The notes below the pieces were generated by a model. That model saw only the letters and a program-made list of their open reading frames with translations, did no database searches and was not told the DNA's origin. Of a DNA stretch of 64,000 bases, positions 23,037 to 32,506 are shown piece by piece. This DNA comes from Candidatus Multivorans sp. (GTDB taxonomy: Bacteria; Acidobacteriota; Thermoanaerobaculia; Multivoradales; Multivoraceae): positions 3,104,001 to 3,168,000 of the forward strand of contig OZ251997.1 in the NCBI GenBank assembly GCA_965247095.1. The letters run 5' to 3'. Each line of letters opens with the position of its first letter. Positions within the stretch are counted from its first letter, which is position 1. Made by a program: the position numbers and the translations under genes.

Positions 23037-23990
23037 CTATGCCCGCTCGCCCGCGTCGTCAATCGGCCCGCCAGTCACCAGACGCGCCTCGACCGGGACG
23101 GCGGGATAGAGGTTGCCGCGATCGCCTGCCACGAAGGCGTAGACGCGGATCCCGGCCAGATGGGCGATGTCCAGCGCCAGACTGGACGGCGCTCCAACGG
23201 CGGCAATCAGTGGCACGCCGGCGACCGCCGCCTTCTGGACGATCTCGAAGCCGAGGCGTCCGCTGACCGCCAGGATCGTCGAGTCCAAGGGCAGCCGGCC
23301 GGCCTGAAGCGCCCGGCCGACGACCTTGTCGGCCGCGTTGTGGCGGCCGATGTCCTCGTAGAGCCACAGCAGCTCGGCGCGCTGGTCGTCGACTTCGAAC
23401 AGGGCGGCTGCGTGAACGCCGCCGGTGTCGTCGAACAGTTCCTGGCGACCCCTCATCGCGGCCGGCAGTTCCCGGACGAGCGAGCGTTCACGGTCCGGCG
23501 CCAGGTCGAGCGGCCGGATCGCCGGCAGCCGCACCCACAGGTCCTCGAGCGAGGGCTTGCCGCAGACGCCGCAGGCGCTCGTGACGCGGAACGCGCGTTC
23601 GCGCTTGCCGGCATCTTTCCGTTGGCCGGTCCGCCGGCGTCCTGCCGCCGAGAGCCGGATGTCGACGATCGAGCCGGGGACCAGGGTCGGCTCGTCGTCG
23701 GCCGGAACCGCTGGCTGCCCGTCGGAGCGGGTGGCGGCGCCGGCGGCGACGTCGGCCACGTCCGCGGCGTCTTCGATCCAACCCTCGGCGTACAGGTATC
23801 CCAGGGCCAGTTCCACCTCGGCGCCCGGGCTGCGCATGGTGATGACGAGGGGTTCTCCGTCGACCCGGATCTCCAGCGGCGCCTCGACCGCCACCAGGTC
23901 GCATCGCACATCGCCCTCGCCGCGCTCGACCAGGGCCTCACGGGCCGCGGCGCGTCCGGCCCCGTCAGCCGCCGGGCGGTCAGCCGCCAT
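23037..23990 (-). CDS. fdhD: Formate dehydrogenase accessory sulfurtransferase
   Basis: VAVEAPLEIRV, TMRSPG, TSACGVCGK, TGGVHAAALF, EDIGRHNAADKVVG, APSSLA. Confidence 0.93.
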   Translation of the reverse strand: MAADRPAADGAGRAAAREALVERGEGDVRCDLVAVEAPLEIRVDGEPLVITMRSPGAEVELALGYLYAEGWIEDAADVADVAAGAATRSDGQPAVPADDEPTLVPGSIVDIRLSAAGRRRTGQRKDAGKRERAFRVTSACGVCGKPSLEDLWVRLPAIRPLDLAPDRERSLVRELPAAMRGRQELFDDTGGVHAAALFEVDDQRAELLWLYEDIGRHNAADKVVGRALQAGRLPLDSTILAVSGRLGFEIVQKAAVAGVPLIAAVGAPSSLALDIAHLAGIRVYAFVAGDRGNLYPAVPVEARLVTGGPIDDAGERA

Positions 23991-26196
23991 GTGCGGCGCC
24001 CGCCCGTTCGATCCGCACCCGCACGCCGTATTCGGGCTCGCCCGAATCGGGGTCCAGCGACCAAGGCAGCAACTCCATGCACTCCGGCCAGTGCGCCTCG
24101 ACGTTGCCCGCCTTGATCGGTTGGAAGCGCGCCACCAGTTCGATCTGCGACACGGGAGACGAGACGACCACGCGGTCGCCGTCCGCGATCCCCCGGATAC
24201 GACCGTCCTCGGCGTTCATCAGCAGGTCGGAACGTTCGAGCCCTGTCAGGGCATCGCGCCCGTGATGGACCATCGAGTTGAACTGGCGGCCCCGGCGGGT
24301 CGAAAGAAAGAGCTCGCCATCCTCGAGACCGCGCTCCGCGGGCGGTTCGACGGCGTGGAAGCCGGCTCGGCCCGAGGGGGTCGCGAAGCGTCCATCCTCG
24401 AACAGGCGAGGACCGCCCCACTGGAACTGGTCGCCCTTCCGCTTCAGGTGCTCGATGCCGGCGTAGCGCGGTTCGGCGCGTGCGATCTCGTCGCGGATTG
24501 CTGCCGTGTCCGCGAAGTCGAGGGCGCCTCGCGGCTCGGGCCGGACCCTGGAGACGATCTCGCACAGCACCTCCCACTCCGGGCGGCATTCGCCCAGCCG
24601 CCGCGCCTCGGCGCCCCCGTAGTCGATCGGCGGCGAGTAGACGATCCGCCTCTCCGTCGTCGTCTCCGTCACGCCTCCGGGGATCTCGTAGCGGGTCGTC
24701 GCCGGCAGCAGAAGCACGGTGTCGCTCGGCTCGACCAGCATCGCGCCGTTGAGCACGATGTCCTGGTGGATCCGGAGCCTGGGCCGGTGCAGCGCACGCT
24801 CGATCCGTTCCCGGTCGGGCGTCGTTTCCAGGAAGTTGCCGCCGAGTAGCCAGAACGCGTCGATGTCTCCGGCCGCCGCCGCGGCGATCTGGCCGGTCGC
24901 GGCCAGTCCGGGACCGCGCGGGGGCTCGAAACCCCAGACACCGGCCCAACGGTCGAGCGTCTGCGCTTCGGTCACCGGCGCGCAGCCGACCTCGGAACCG
25001 CCCTGGACGCCGGAATGGCCGCGGATCGGAACCAGGCCCGCGCCGGGACGGCCCGGGAGGCCGCGCATCAGGCCGAGGTTGCAGATCGAGAGCACGGTGT
25101 CGACGCCGTGGCGGTGCTGGGTCAGCCCCATCGACCAGACCAGGATCGTCTTCGGCTTGGAGCAGAGAAGTGCCGCGAAACGCTCCATCTCGGCGCGCGA
25201 GGCGCCGCTCGAGCTCTCGAGCTCGGACCAGGCGGTTCCTCTCAGCGCCGCCTCGACCTCGGCGAAGCCCTCGGTGGAGCGTTCGACGAAACCGCGCGCG
25301 ACGCCTCCGGGCAGATCGAGCAGGGCCTTCATCGTGCCGTTCAGGAAGGCGAGGTCGCCGCCGGTGTCGACCGCGAACCAGTGCTGCGCCAGGTCGGTGC
25401 CGAACAGGGCGCTCGAAGGGACCGACGGCACCCAGTAGCGCTTGAGGCCGGGCTCGCGATACGGGTTGACGACCGCGATCTCGGCGCCCCGGCGGCGCGC
25501 GAAGTGGAGATACTTGATCGTCACCGGCTGGTTGTTCGGCACGTTCGAGCCGAAGAACACGATCAGGTCCGCGTCGAGCCAGTCGCGGTAGGAGTTGGTC
25601 GCGGCGCCGAATCCCAGCGCGCGATGCAACGCCACCGTGGAGGCGGCGTGGCAGAGGCGGGCAGCGGTGTCTACGTGGGGCGTACCGAGGAAGCGGGCGG
25701 CCTTCTGCGCCACGTAGTACGTCTCGTTGGGAATGCCGCGCGAGGTCAGGAAGAAGGCCGCCCGCGTGGGGTCGCGCTGCCGGACTTCCGCGAGCCTGGA
25801 CGCCGCGATGTCGGTCGCCTCGGGCCAGCCGATCCGCCGGAACCCTGGCTCTCCGGCCCGTCGCAGCATCGGGTGAGCGAGGCGTCCCAGACCGCGCAGC
25901 GCCGTCGAGCCGCGAGCGGCGAGAGCGTCGGCGTCGGCGAGGACGGCCGGGTCGAGGGCCGGCATCGTGTTCAGCCGCAGCAGATCGAGACGCACCATGC
26001 ACAGGTGGACTCCGTCCAGTGTCCAGTCGCGCAAACCCGAAGTGCCCAGCGCGCAGCCGTCGCAGACCCCGTCGCGCAGGATGCGCCACGCGTAGCCGGC
26101 CTCATCCCGGTTCCGCCACGCCACCTTCCCCATCTCCAGGAAGTGGTGCGGCTTGGTTTGCCCCAGGCCGAAGGGGATCCTGGAACCGGGGCTCAC
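23980..26196 (-). CDS. FdhF/YdeP-family molybdopterin oxidoreductase
   Basis: GVCDGCALG, AARLCHAAS (Cys ligand), PIRGHSGVQG, STRRGRQFNSM, SGEPEY. Confidence 0.9.
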   Translation of the reverse strand: MSPGSRIPFGLGQTKPHHFLEMGKVAWRNRDEAGYAWRILRDGVCDGCALGTSGLRDWTLDGVHLCMVRLDLLRLNTMPALDPAVLADADALAARGSTALRGLGRLAHPMLRRAGEPGFRRIGWPEATDIAASRLAEVRQRDPTRAAFFLTSRGIPNETYYVAQKAARFLGTPHVDTAARLCHAASTVALHRALGFGAATNSYRDWLDADLIVFFGSNVPNNQPVTIKYLHFARRRGAEIAVVNPYREPGLKRYWVPSVPSSALFGTDLAQHWFAVDTGGDLAFLNGTMKALLDLPGGVARGFVERSTEGFAEVEAALRGTAWSELESSSGASRAEMERFAALLCSKPKTILVWSMGLTQHRHGVDTVLSICNLGLMRGLPGRPGAGLVPIRGHSGVQGGSEVGCAPVTEAQTLDRWAGVWGFEPPRGPGLAATGQIAAAAAGDIDAFWLLGGNFLETTPDRERIERALHRPRLRIHQDIVLNGAMLVEPSDTVLLLPATTRYEIPGGVTETTTERRIVYSPPIDYGGAEARRLGECRPEWEVLCEIVSRVRPEPRGALDFADTAAIRDEIARAEPRYAGIEHLKRKGDQFQWGGPRLFEDGRFATPSGRAGFHAVEPPAERGLEDGELFLSTRRGRQFNSMVHHGRDALTGLERSDLLMNAEDGRIRGIADGDRVVVSSPVSQIELVARFQPIKAGNVEAHWPECMELLPWSLDPDSGEPEYGVRVRIERAGAAHGG

Positions 26197-26256
26197 GGGT
26201 CGATCATAGATGAGCGCTTTCGGTTTAGGCTCCGCCGATAGAGTCCAACGTGTCGA

Positions 26257-28083
26257 ATGGCGCTCAAGAACTTGCTCAAGCCACTGCTTTTTCTGCCTGC
26301 CGCGGCCACGCTCTCGGCGGTCATCCTGCTGGGCGTCTCACCGACGGCGGTGGCACAGGGCCGCCGCGCGGCTGCCGCGGCTGTTGAGACATCGCCTGCC
26401 TTCGGCCCGGAGAACTTCGCCGCCGCGGTCGATCCTCGAACCGACGGCTGGGACACCGAGGCGCTCAGCGAGCAGGCCGAGGCGCAGCTCAAGCGCGTCG
26501 CGGTGTGGCTTGTGGGCGGCGCGGCCGCGGTGTCGCCGGGTGCGTTGGATGAAGTGGTTGACGAGACGTTCGAGACCCGGGGCTTCGTCCCCGATGAGTT
26601 GATCGAGCGCTACTCCGGTCCGGCTTTCACCGTGACTACCGGCCACCCTGACCGCGCAGCCTATCGGGGCGGCGAGGGCTTCCTGGAGGCGCTTCGCGCG
26701 TTGGGCGAGCGCCTGGCTGGCAACGGACCGCCGCGGGCCGACTTCAAGCTCTTCACGATCGACGGAGGCGCGTCGGGCTTCACCACCCGCTCCTACTTCG
26801 AGGCGTCGGTCTCCGGTGCCGCGCGCCACCGCCAGTTGAACGCGGTCTGGACGACGACCTGGACGTTGGCTGAGGACGGCGCGGGCGAGCCGCTCCTGCG
26901 CACGGTCGAGGTCGGCGACTACGAGGAGACTTCCGCGGCCGGAGGGGCCCTGTTCGTCGACGTCACCGAAGCCGCCGTCGGTCACAACCCGAGCTACCGG
27001 GAACAACTGCTGCAGCCGCCGGACGCCTGGCTCAACCGGATCACCAAGGCGGCTGGCTACAACAAGACGGGATGGCAGGGCGTGTCCGTCGCCGACGTCA
27101 ACGGCGACGGACTGGACGACATCTTCCTGCCCGAGCAGGGCGGACTGCCGAACCGCCTCTACGTTCAGAAGCCGAACGGCACGTTCGACGACCGTTCGGC
27201 CGCGGCGGCGGTCGACTACCTGGAACGCGCCCTCGCCGGGCTGTTCGTCGATCTCGACAACGACGGCGACCCGGACCTGGTGCTCTCCAGCCGGCCGGCG
27301 GTCCTGGTGCTCGAGAACGACGGCGACGGCGGTTTCGCCCGGGTGCGCCACATCGCGGGCGACATTCCCGACAGCAACTCGCTGTCTGCGGCCGACTACG
27401 ACGGCGACGGCGACCTCGACCTCTACGTCTGCGCCTACCGCCGCGCCTACGACGAGCGCGGGGTGGCGAGCCCGGTGCCGTACCACGACGCGAACAACGG
27501 CGGCCGCAACGTGCTGCTGCGCAACGACGGCGGGTTCCGGTTCGTCGACGCGACGGCCGCGGCGGGGCTCGACCGCAACAACCGCCGCTTCAGTCTGGCG
27601 GCGTCCTGGGAGGACTACGACGGCGACGGCGACGCGGACCTCTACGTGGCGAACGACTACGGCCGCAACAACCTGTACCGCAACGGCGGCGGCTCGTTCG
27701 TCGACGTGGCGGGGGATGCCGGAGTCGAGGACATCTCCTCCGGCATGTCGGTGAGTTGGGCCGACTACAACCGCGACGGCCGCATGGATGTCTACGTCGG
27801 CAACATGTTCTCGGCCGCCGGCAACCGGATCACCTACCAGCGGAAGTTCGAGCGCGACCGGCAGCGCGCCGGTCCGCTGGCGGAGGTCCAGCGGATGGCG
27901 CGCGGCAACTCGCTGTTCGCGGGCACAGGCGGGGGAGGGTTCGTCGACCGGAGCGTCCAGGCCGACGTGACGATGGGCCGGTGGTCGTGGTCGTCGGTGT
28001 TCGCCGACATCAACAACGATGGCTGGGAGGATCTGGTCGTAGCCAACGGCAACCTGACCCAGATCCTCCCGGACGATCTGTGA
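26257..28083 (+). CDS. Secreted FG-GAP/VCBS-repeat (CRTAC1-like) protein, part upstream of an in-frame UGA (probable Sec codon; read-through to 30555 gives 1432 aa)
   Basis: Signal peptide; multiple DxDGDGxxDL repeats; ends ...ILPDDL-TGA and stays in frame with the downstream ORF. Confidence 0.85.
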   Translation: MALKNLLKPLLFLPAAATLSAVILLGVSPTAVAQGRRAAAAAVETSPAFGPENFAAAVDPRTDGWDTEALSEQAEAQLKRVAVWLVGGAAAVSPGALDEVVDETFETRGFVPDELIERYSGPAFTVTTGHPDRAAYRGGEGFLEALRALGERLAGNGPPRADFKLFTIDGGASGFTTRSYFEASVSGAARHRQLNAVWTTTWTLAEDGAGEPLLRTVEVGDYEETSAAGGALFVDVTEAAVGHNPSYREQLLQPPDAWLNRITKAAGYNKTGWQGVSVADVNGDGLDDIFLPEQGGLPNRLYVQKPNGTFDDRSAAAAVDYLERALAGLFVDLDNDGDPDLVLSSRPAVLVLENDGDGGFARVRHIAGDIPDSNSLSAADYDGDGDLDLYVCAYRRAYDERGVASPVPYHDANNGGRNVLLRNDGGFRFVDATAAAGLDRNNRRFSLAASWEDYDGDGDADLYVANDYGRNNLYRNGGGSFVDVAGDAGVEDISSGMSVSWADYNRDGRMDVYVGNMFSAAGNRITYQRKFERDRQRAGPLAEVQRMARGNSLFAGTGGGGFVDRSVQADVTMGRWSWSSVFADINNDGWEDLVVANGNLTQILPDDL

Positions 28084-28122
28084 AGCTTCTTCTGGCGGCA
28101 GGTCGTGCCGCGTGCGCCCAGA
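28081..28122 (+). promoter_or_regulatory. UGA plus putative bacterial SECIS hairpin
   Basis: TGA-AGCTTCTTCTG-GCGGCA[GGTCG]TGCCGC, with possible lower pairing TCTG(28091-94)/CAGA(28119-22). GCAGGUC apex matches the E. coli fdhF SECIS at nearly the same spacing. Confidence 0.7.
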
Positions 28123-30555
28123 GCCCTCGATGACGGCGCGCCCGATGACCGCTCGTTGGCGCCGTATCTCGAATCCCTGCGCGCGCTCCACGAGCGGCTG
28201 GACGAGGGGTTGTCCTTCAGCGGCAACGAACGGAACTGCGTCTTCCTGAACCCCGGCCGGGCGGGCGGCGCCTTCGCCAACGCCTCGGCGGTGAGCGGCC
28301 TGGACTTTCCGGACGACGGCCGCGGCGTCGCCTTCCTCGACCTGGAGGGCGACGGCGACCTGGATGTGGCGATCAGCAACCGAACCGCGCCCCGGCTGCG
28401 GCTGATGCGCAACGAGCTGCCCTCGGGCGACCGCTTCGTCGCGCTGCACCTCGAAGGCGACGGCACCGGCACCAACCGCGACGCGGTCGGCGCCCGGGTC
28501 GAGCTTGAGACGACAGAAGGCGCCTTGCGGCGCTCGGTGCGCGCCGGCGAGGGCTTCCTCTCCCAGTCCAGCCGCTGGCTGCACTTCGGCCTCGGCGACG
28601 CCGAACCGACGGGTACGGCGATCGTTCACTGGCCGGGCGCCGGCCGGGAGACGTTCGGCGGCATCGCGGCCGGCGGCCGCTACCGGATTGTCCAGGGCAG
28701 CGGCCGGGCGGCGCCGGCGCCGGTGCGCAGGCGGCAGTCAGCCCTCGAACCGGGCGAGCAGCAGCCCCCGGCGCCGACCACGGGCGCCCGGGTCGTGCTG
28801 GCGCCGCGGCCGCCTTCGCCGCAGCTCTCGATGCGACCCTTCGGCGCCGCGGAGACGCTGCCGATCGCGATCGGACGGGGTCGGCCGGTGCTGCTCAACA
28901 TCTGGGCGAGCTGGTGCGCTCCCTGCCGGTCAGAGCTGCTCGACCTGACGCGGGAGGAGGACGCGCTACGCGCCGCCGGGCTCGAGATCGCGGCGCTGTC
29001 GACCGACGGACTGGGCGACGTGCCGACCACGACCGAGGAGTCGGCCCGGAAGTTCATGGACGAGGTCGGCTTCCCGTTCTCTAGCGGGATGGCGACCGAA
29101 GAGACCCTCGACAAGGTCGAGATCGTCAAGCGCTCGCTGTTCGACCGCCGCTTCCCGCTGTCGCTGCCGTTCTCCATGCTGATCGACGGCGAGGGCCGGG
29201 TCGCCGTTCTCTACCGTGGCGGTGTGACCGCCGGCGATCTTCTGGCCGACCTCGAACTGCTCGACGCGCCGCGCTCCACGCTGCGGGCGGCCTCCGCGCC
29301 GATTGCCGGCCGCTGGTTCACCGAGCCGCCGGACGAGGTGTCGCTGGCCAGCTACGCGCGCTGGTTCGAGGATCGGTTCCCCGCGGAATCCGTGGACCTC
29401 CTGCAACGGTCGGTGGAGGTGGAACAGGCGCGGCTGGACGGCAGCCGGGCGGACGGCGGTGGGAGAGCCTCGTTCGAGCAGCGCGGTGCGCGGGACCGGC
29501 TGTTCAAGTCGCTCCAGCGGTTGGCGGTGATCGAGAGCCGGCGCGGAGACAACCGGGCCGCCGTCCGTCACGCGCGCGCCGCACTGGACCTCGAACCGGA
29601 CGATCCGGGTGCGCGGATGGCCTACCAGAACGCCCTGGTGGACGCCGGCGACGTGGACCAGGTACGTGCCGAGGCGGAGGCGGCGCTGGCCGCGGATCCC
29701 GGCAATGTCGCGGCGCGGGTGCGCTTGGCCGAACTCCTGGACAGCGAAGGGCTAACGGAGGCCGCGGCAGATGAACTCGGTCGCGCCGTGGAGCAGAGCC
29801 CCGACGACGTAGAACTCCGCTATCTCTACGGCCAGTTGCTCGGCAAGCTGGACCGGCTGCCTTTGGCGATGGAGCAGTTCGCTGCGGTCGTCGACCGCGA
29901 TCCGCGCCACGTCGAGGCGCACCGGATCCTGGCCGTCGCGGCGGTCCGCAGCGGCTACCCGGAGGCGGCTGGGGCCCACTACCGTGCGATCCTCGCGGTG
30001 GCGCCCAGGGATGTCGACGCTCTCTACGGCGCCGCCCAGGTTGCGGCGGGGTCGGGCCGTCTGGAGGAAGCGGTGGAGGGATACCGGTCGCTTCTGGAGC
30101 ACGACCCCAATCACGCTGCCGGCCGCCACGAACTCGGGTTGACTCTTCTGCGTAGCGGACCCGAGGGCGCTATGGAGGGCACGGATCACCTGCGGCGCGC
30201 GTACGTTGAGGACGAGCGCCTGCTCGCACGGGGCAACGACCTCGCCTGGACCCTGGCAACCGATCGCGACAGCCGCCGCCGGGACGGCCAGCTCGCTCTG
30301 ATCATCGCGCTCGAGCTGAACGCAGTCGCCGGCGGCGAAGAGCCGGCCCTGCTCGAGACCCTGGCCGCAGCCCAGGCCGAGACCGGCGACTTCGACGCTG
30401 CGGTGCGAACGATCGAGACCGCCCTGGAGGCCATCCGCGGCGCGTCGGGGCGGCGGCAGGCCGCGCCGGCGTACCGGGAGCGGCTGCTTGAGCTTCTGAA
30501 CCGGAGACTGGAGCAGTACCGGCAGGGCATTCCGGTGCGGTCGGGCCGGCCATGA
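28105..30555 (+). CDS. ASPIC/UnbV + TlpA-like thioredoxin + TPR protein (in-frame continuation of 26257-28083)
   Basis: SFSGNERN, DGRGVAFLDLEGDGDLD, NRDAVGARV, GEGFLSQSSRWLHFGLG (ASPIC/UnbV), LLNIWASWCAPC, TPR helices, NDLAWTLAT...LETLAAAQAETGDF. Confidence 0.85.
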   Translation: MPRAPRALDDGAPDDRSLAPYLESLRALHERLDEGLSFSGNERNCVFLNPGRAGGAFANASAVSGLDFPDDGRGVAFLDLEGDGDLDVAISNRTAPRLRLMRNELPSGDRFVALHLEGDGTGTNRDAVGARVELETTEGALRRSVRAGEGFLSQSSRWLHFGLGDAEPTGTAIVHWPGAGRETFGGIAAGGRYRIVQGSGRAAPAPVRRRQSALEPGEQQPPAPTTGARVVLAPRPPSPQLSMRPFGAAETLPIAIGRGRPVLLNIWASWCAPCRSELLDLTREEDALRAAGLEIAALSTDGLGDVPTTTEESARKFMDEVGFPFSSGMATEETLDKVEIVKRSLFDRRFPLSLPFSMLIDGEGRVAVLYRGGVTAGDLLADLELLDAPRSTLRAASAPIAGRWFTEPPDEVSLASYARWFEDRFPAESVDLLQRSVEVEQARLDGSRADGGGRASFEQRGARDRLFKSLQRLAVIESRRGDNRAAVRHARAALDLEPDDPGARMAYQNALVDAGDVDQVRAEAEAALAADPGNVAARVRLAELLDSEGLTEAAADELGRAVEQSPDDVELRYLYGQLLGKLDRLPLAMEQFAAVVDRDPRHVEAHRILAVAAVRSGYPEAAGAHYRAILAVAPRDVDALYGAAQVAAGSGRLEEAVEGYRSLLEHDPNHAAGRHELGLTLLRSGPEGAMEGTDHLRRAYVEDERLLARGNDLAWTLATDRDSRRRDGQLALIIALELNAVAGGEEPALLETLAAAQAETGDFDAAVRTIETALEAIRGASGRRQAAPAYRERLLELLNRRLEQYRQGIPVRSGRP

Positions 30556-30604
30556 ACCGCGCGCGGTACAGTCACGAAACCGGGCCACTACAGGAGTCAA
30601 GATC

Positions 30605-30850
30605 ATGAACTCGATCGACACACTGGCGACGTTTTTCGGCTGGTGTACGGCGGTCAATGTCGGATTGTTGCTCCTGGCCATGGTGGTTTTCAGTGTGTTT
30701 CGCGACATCTTCGCCACCATCACTGCGAAGATGTTCGGTGTGACCAAGGAAGAAGCGGCGGTAACCTTCTTCCGCGTGTTTCAGCAATATCGACTCGCAG
30801 TGGTGGTCCTGAATGTCGTTCCCTATATCGCCCTGAAGATGATGTCCTGA
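30605..30850 (+). CDS. Small membrane protein (DUF6868-like)
   Basis: GGAG SD; FFGWCTAVNVGLLLL...YRLAVVVLNVVPYIAL pattern. Confidence 0.7.
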   Translation: MNSIDTLATFFGWCTAVNVGLLLLAMVVFSVFRDIFATITAKMFGVTKEEAAVTFFRVFQQYRLAVVVLNVVPYIALKMMS

Positions 30851-30948
30851 TCCAGGCCTGCCAGCGCCACGTCACCCCCGACTCGTTCACGTCGATCGGC
30901 AGCACGACGCTGCCCGCGCGCTGCGCTTCGCGGACCAGGGCCGCCGGG

Positions 30949-31262
30949 ATTGCGAGTCGCCTGCTGGTCCTGTTCCCGATTGTCCTTCTAGTAGGCGGCG
31001 CGAACAGCGCGCAGGGTTGCGAACGCTACGGGGCGCCGTTCTTTCGAGGTACCGGCGGATTCGTGGCGAAGCCGGAAGGCGGTCACTCCCTGGAAGTCAG
31101 CATCGAGCGCGACGGCACGGCTGTACGAGAAACCCTGTTCCCGCGGTCCGACGGCTTGGTCGTCCAACTCTTGACCGATTCCCTGTGTGCCGGTGCGGAT
31201 GGTGATCCGGTGGAGTGTCAAGTTTCATTCACGGACATCGGGGATGACGGTTGGTACTGGGT
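30949..31262 (+). pseudogene. Fragment of a secreted protein truncated by an IS4 element
   Basis: Signal-peptide-like IASRLLVLFPIVLLVGGANSAQG followed by a globular segment running into the IS inverted repeat; no clear start codon. Confidence 0.4.
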
Positions 31263-31281
31263 CATTGCTGTCCCACAAACT

Positions 31282-32436
31282 TCAGAGTAGAGCGAGTTGA
31301 GTTCGCGTGTTGTTCGGGTCGGGTGGTCCGCTCGGAGGTTCGAAGAGGTCCAGCAGCGATCTTCGGTCGAACAGGTTGAGTTGCAGAAGGCGCAGGATCC
31401 GGCTCATGCTCCAGGACATCTTGTTGACGAACTTCAGGTAGGCGAGCAGGAGATGGACGCACACGGCGATCCAGATCTGCGTCATGACCGCGTTGGGCGA
31501 GGCGCCGACGAAACTCTTGATGCGCAGGTTCTGTTTGATCCACTTGAAGAAGAGCTCGACCTGCCAGCGCGCCTTGTAGATGTCCGCGATGGTCTTCGGG
31601 GCGAGGCTGAAGTTGTTGGTCAGGAACTTGTAGTGCCGGCCCGTCTCCGGGTCGCGATAGCCGACCCGACGCAACGGAATCGGGCACCGCTTGCGCCCCT
31701 TGACGCTGGTCAGCTCGATGGTCTGGTCCGACGTCACGCCCCGGCCGCGAGCGAACGAGCGCCGCTCCCGAACCGCGTACTTGACCTTGCGCTTCAGGCG
31801 GGTGACCAGGAAAACCCCTTGTGCATCAAGGTCCTTTAGCCATCCGAAGTCGAGGTACAGACGGTCCGCCGCCACGATGCTCCCCTTCGGAAGACGAAGC
31901 GACCGGGCCACCTCGAGGTCCGAGCCCTTGCCGTCGGTGACGTGCAGGAACGACGGCAGACAGCCCTCGTGGTCGAGACCCACGTGCAGCTTCAACGCAC
32001 CCTTGGTCTTGCGGTACCGCGCCCAGGGAAACACCTTCAGGCACAGGTCCACGTACGTGGCGTCGAGCGACAACAGCTTGTTCCGGAAACGGAACCCATG
32101 CCCCGGCGCCGCCGCCTGACAACGGCTCAGAAGGCGACCGAACAGCGCCTCGTACAGTTCGTGAGGCTGCTCTCTGTTCACCCGCGCCAGCGAAGATCGG
32201 GCTACCCGGCCAACGCCGAGATGGTACAGCTTGTGAGCCTGCGCATCCAGGTTCGACACGATGTCTCGCAGACTGCGCCGCCCGGAAAGCTGCGCCATCG
32301 CCATCGCTACGAACTGGCCCCAGCGGCTCATCGAGCGCAGCTTGCGTCCCCTGTGATGCCGCCGGGCCTCCCGCTCGAACTCATGTCTCGACACCAGCTT
32401 GAGGAACTGGCCAAGTACGGTACTATTGTGCGCCAT
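31282..32436 (-). CDS. IS4-family transposase (copy 1)
   Basis: MAHNSTVLGQ..., SLDATY, KLHVGLD, AADRLY, YKARWQVELFFKWIKQNL (YREK motif). Confidence 0.93.
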   Translation of the reverse strand: MAHNSTVLGQFLKLVSRHEFEREARRHHRGRKLRSMSRWGQFVAMAMAQLSGRRSLRDIVSNLDAQAHKLYHLGVGRVARSSLARVNREQPHELYEALFGRLLSRCQAAAPGHGFRFRNKLLSLDATYVDLCLKVFPWARYRKTKGALKLHVGLDHEGCLPSFLHVTDGKGSDLEVARSLRLPKGSIVAADRLYLDFGWLKDLDAQGVFLVTRLKRKVKYAVRERRSFARGRGVTSDQTIELTSVKGRKRCPIPLRRVGYRDPETGRHYKFLTNNFSLAPKTIADIYKARWQVELFFKWIKQNLRIKSFVGASPNAVMTQIWIAVCVHLLLAYLKFVNKMSWSMSRILRLLQLNLFDRRSLLDLFEPPSGPPDPNNTRTQLALL

Positions 32437-32506
32437 GGGTCTGGATCTCCTTGCCGTCATTGGCTTTGCTTGAACACCAATCATACGACAAGGCACGGTT
32501 CAGACC

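Noticed and set aside
23980-26196. FdhF/YdeP protein as a selenoprotein
   Set aside because: The Mo-ligand position is Cys (ARLCH) and the ORF is uninterrupted.
28081-28083. UGA as Trp/Gly from an alternative genetic code
   Set aside because: TGA terminates many conserved genes here at their expected ends (gcvP, gdhA, ilvD, ilvE, ligA), so any readthrough must be site-specific.
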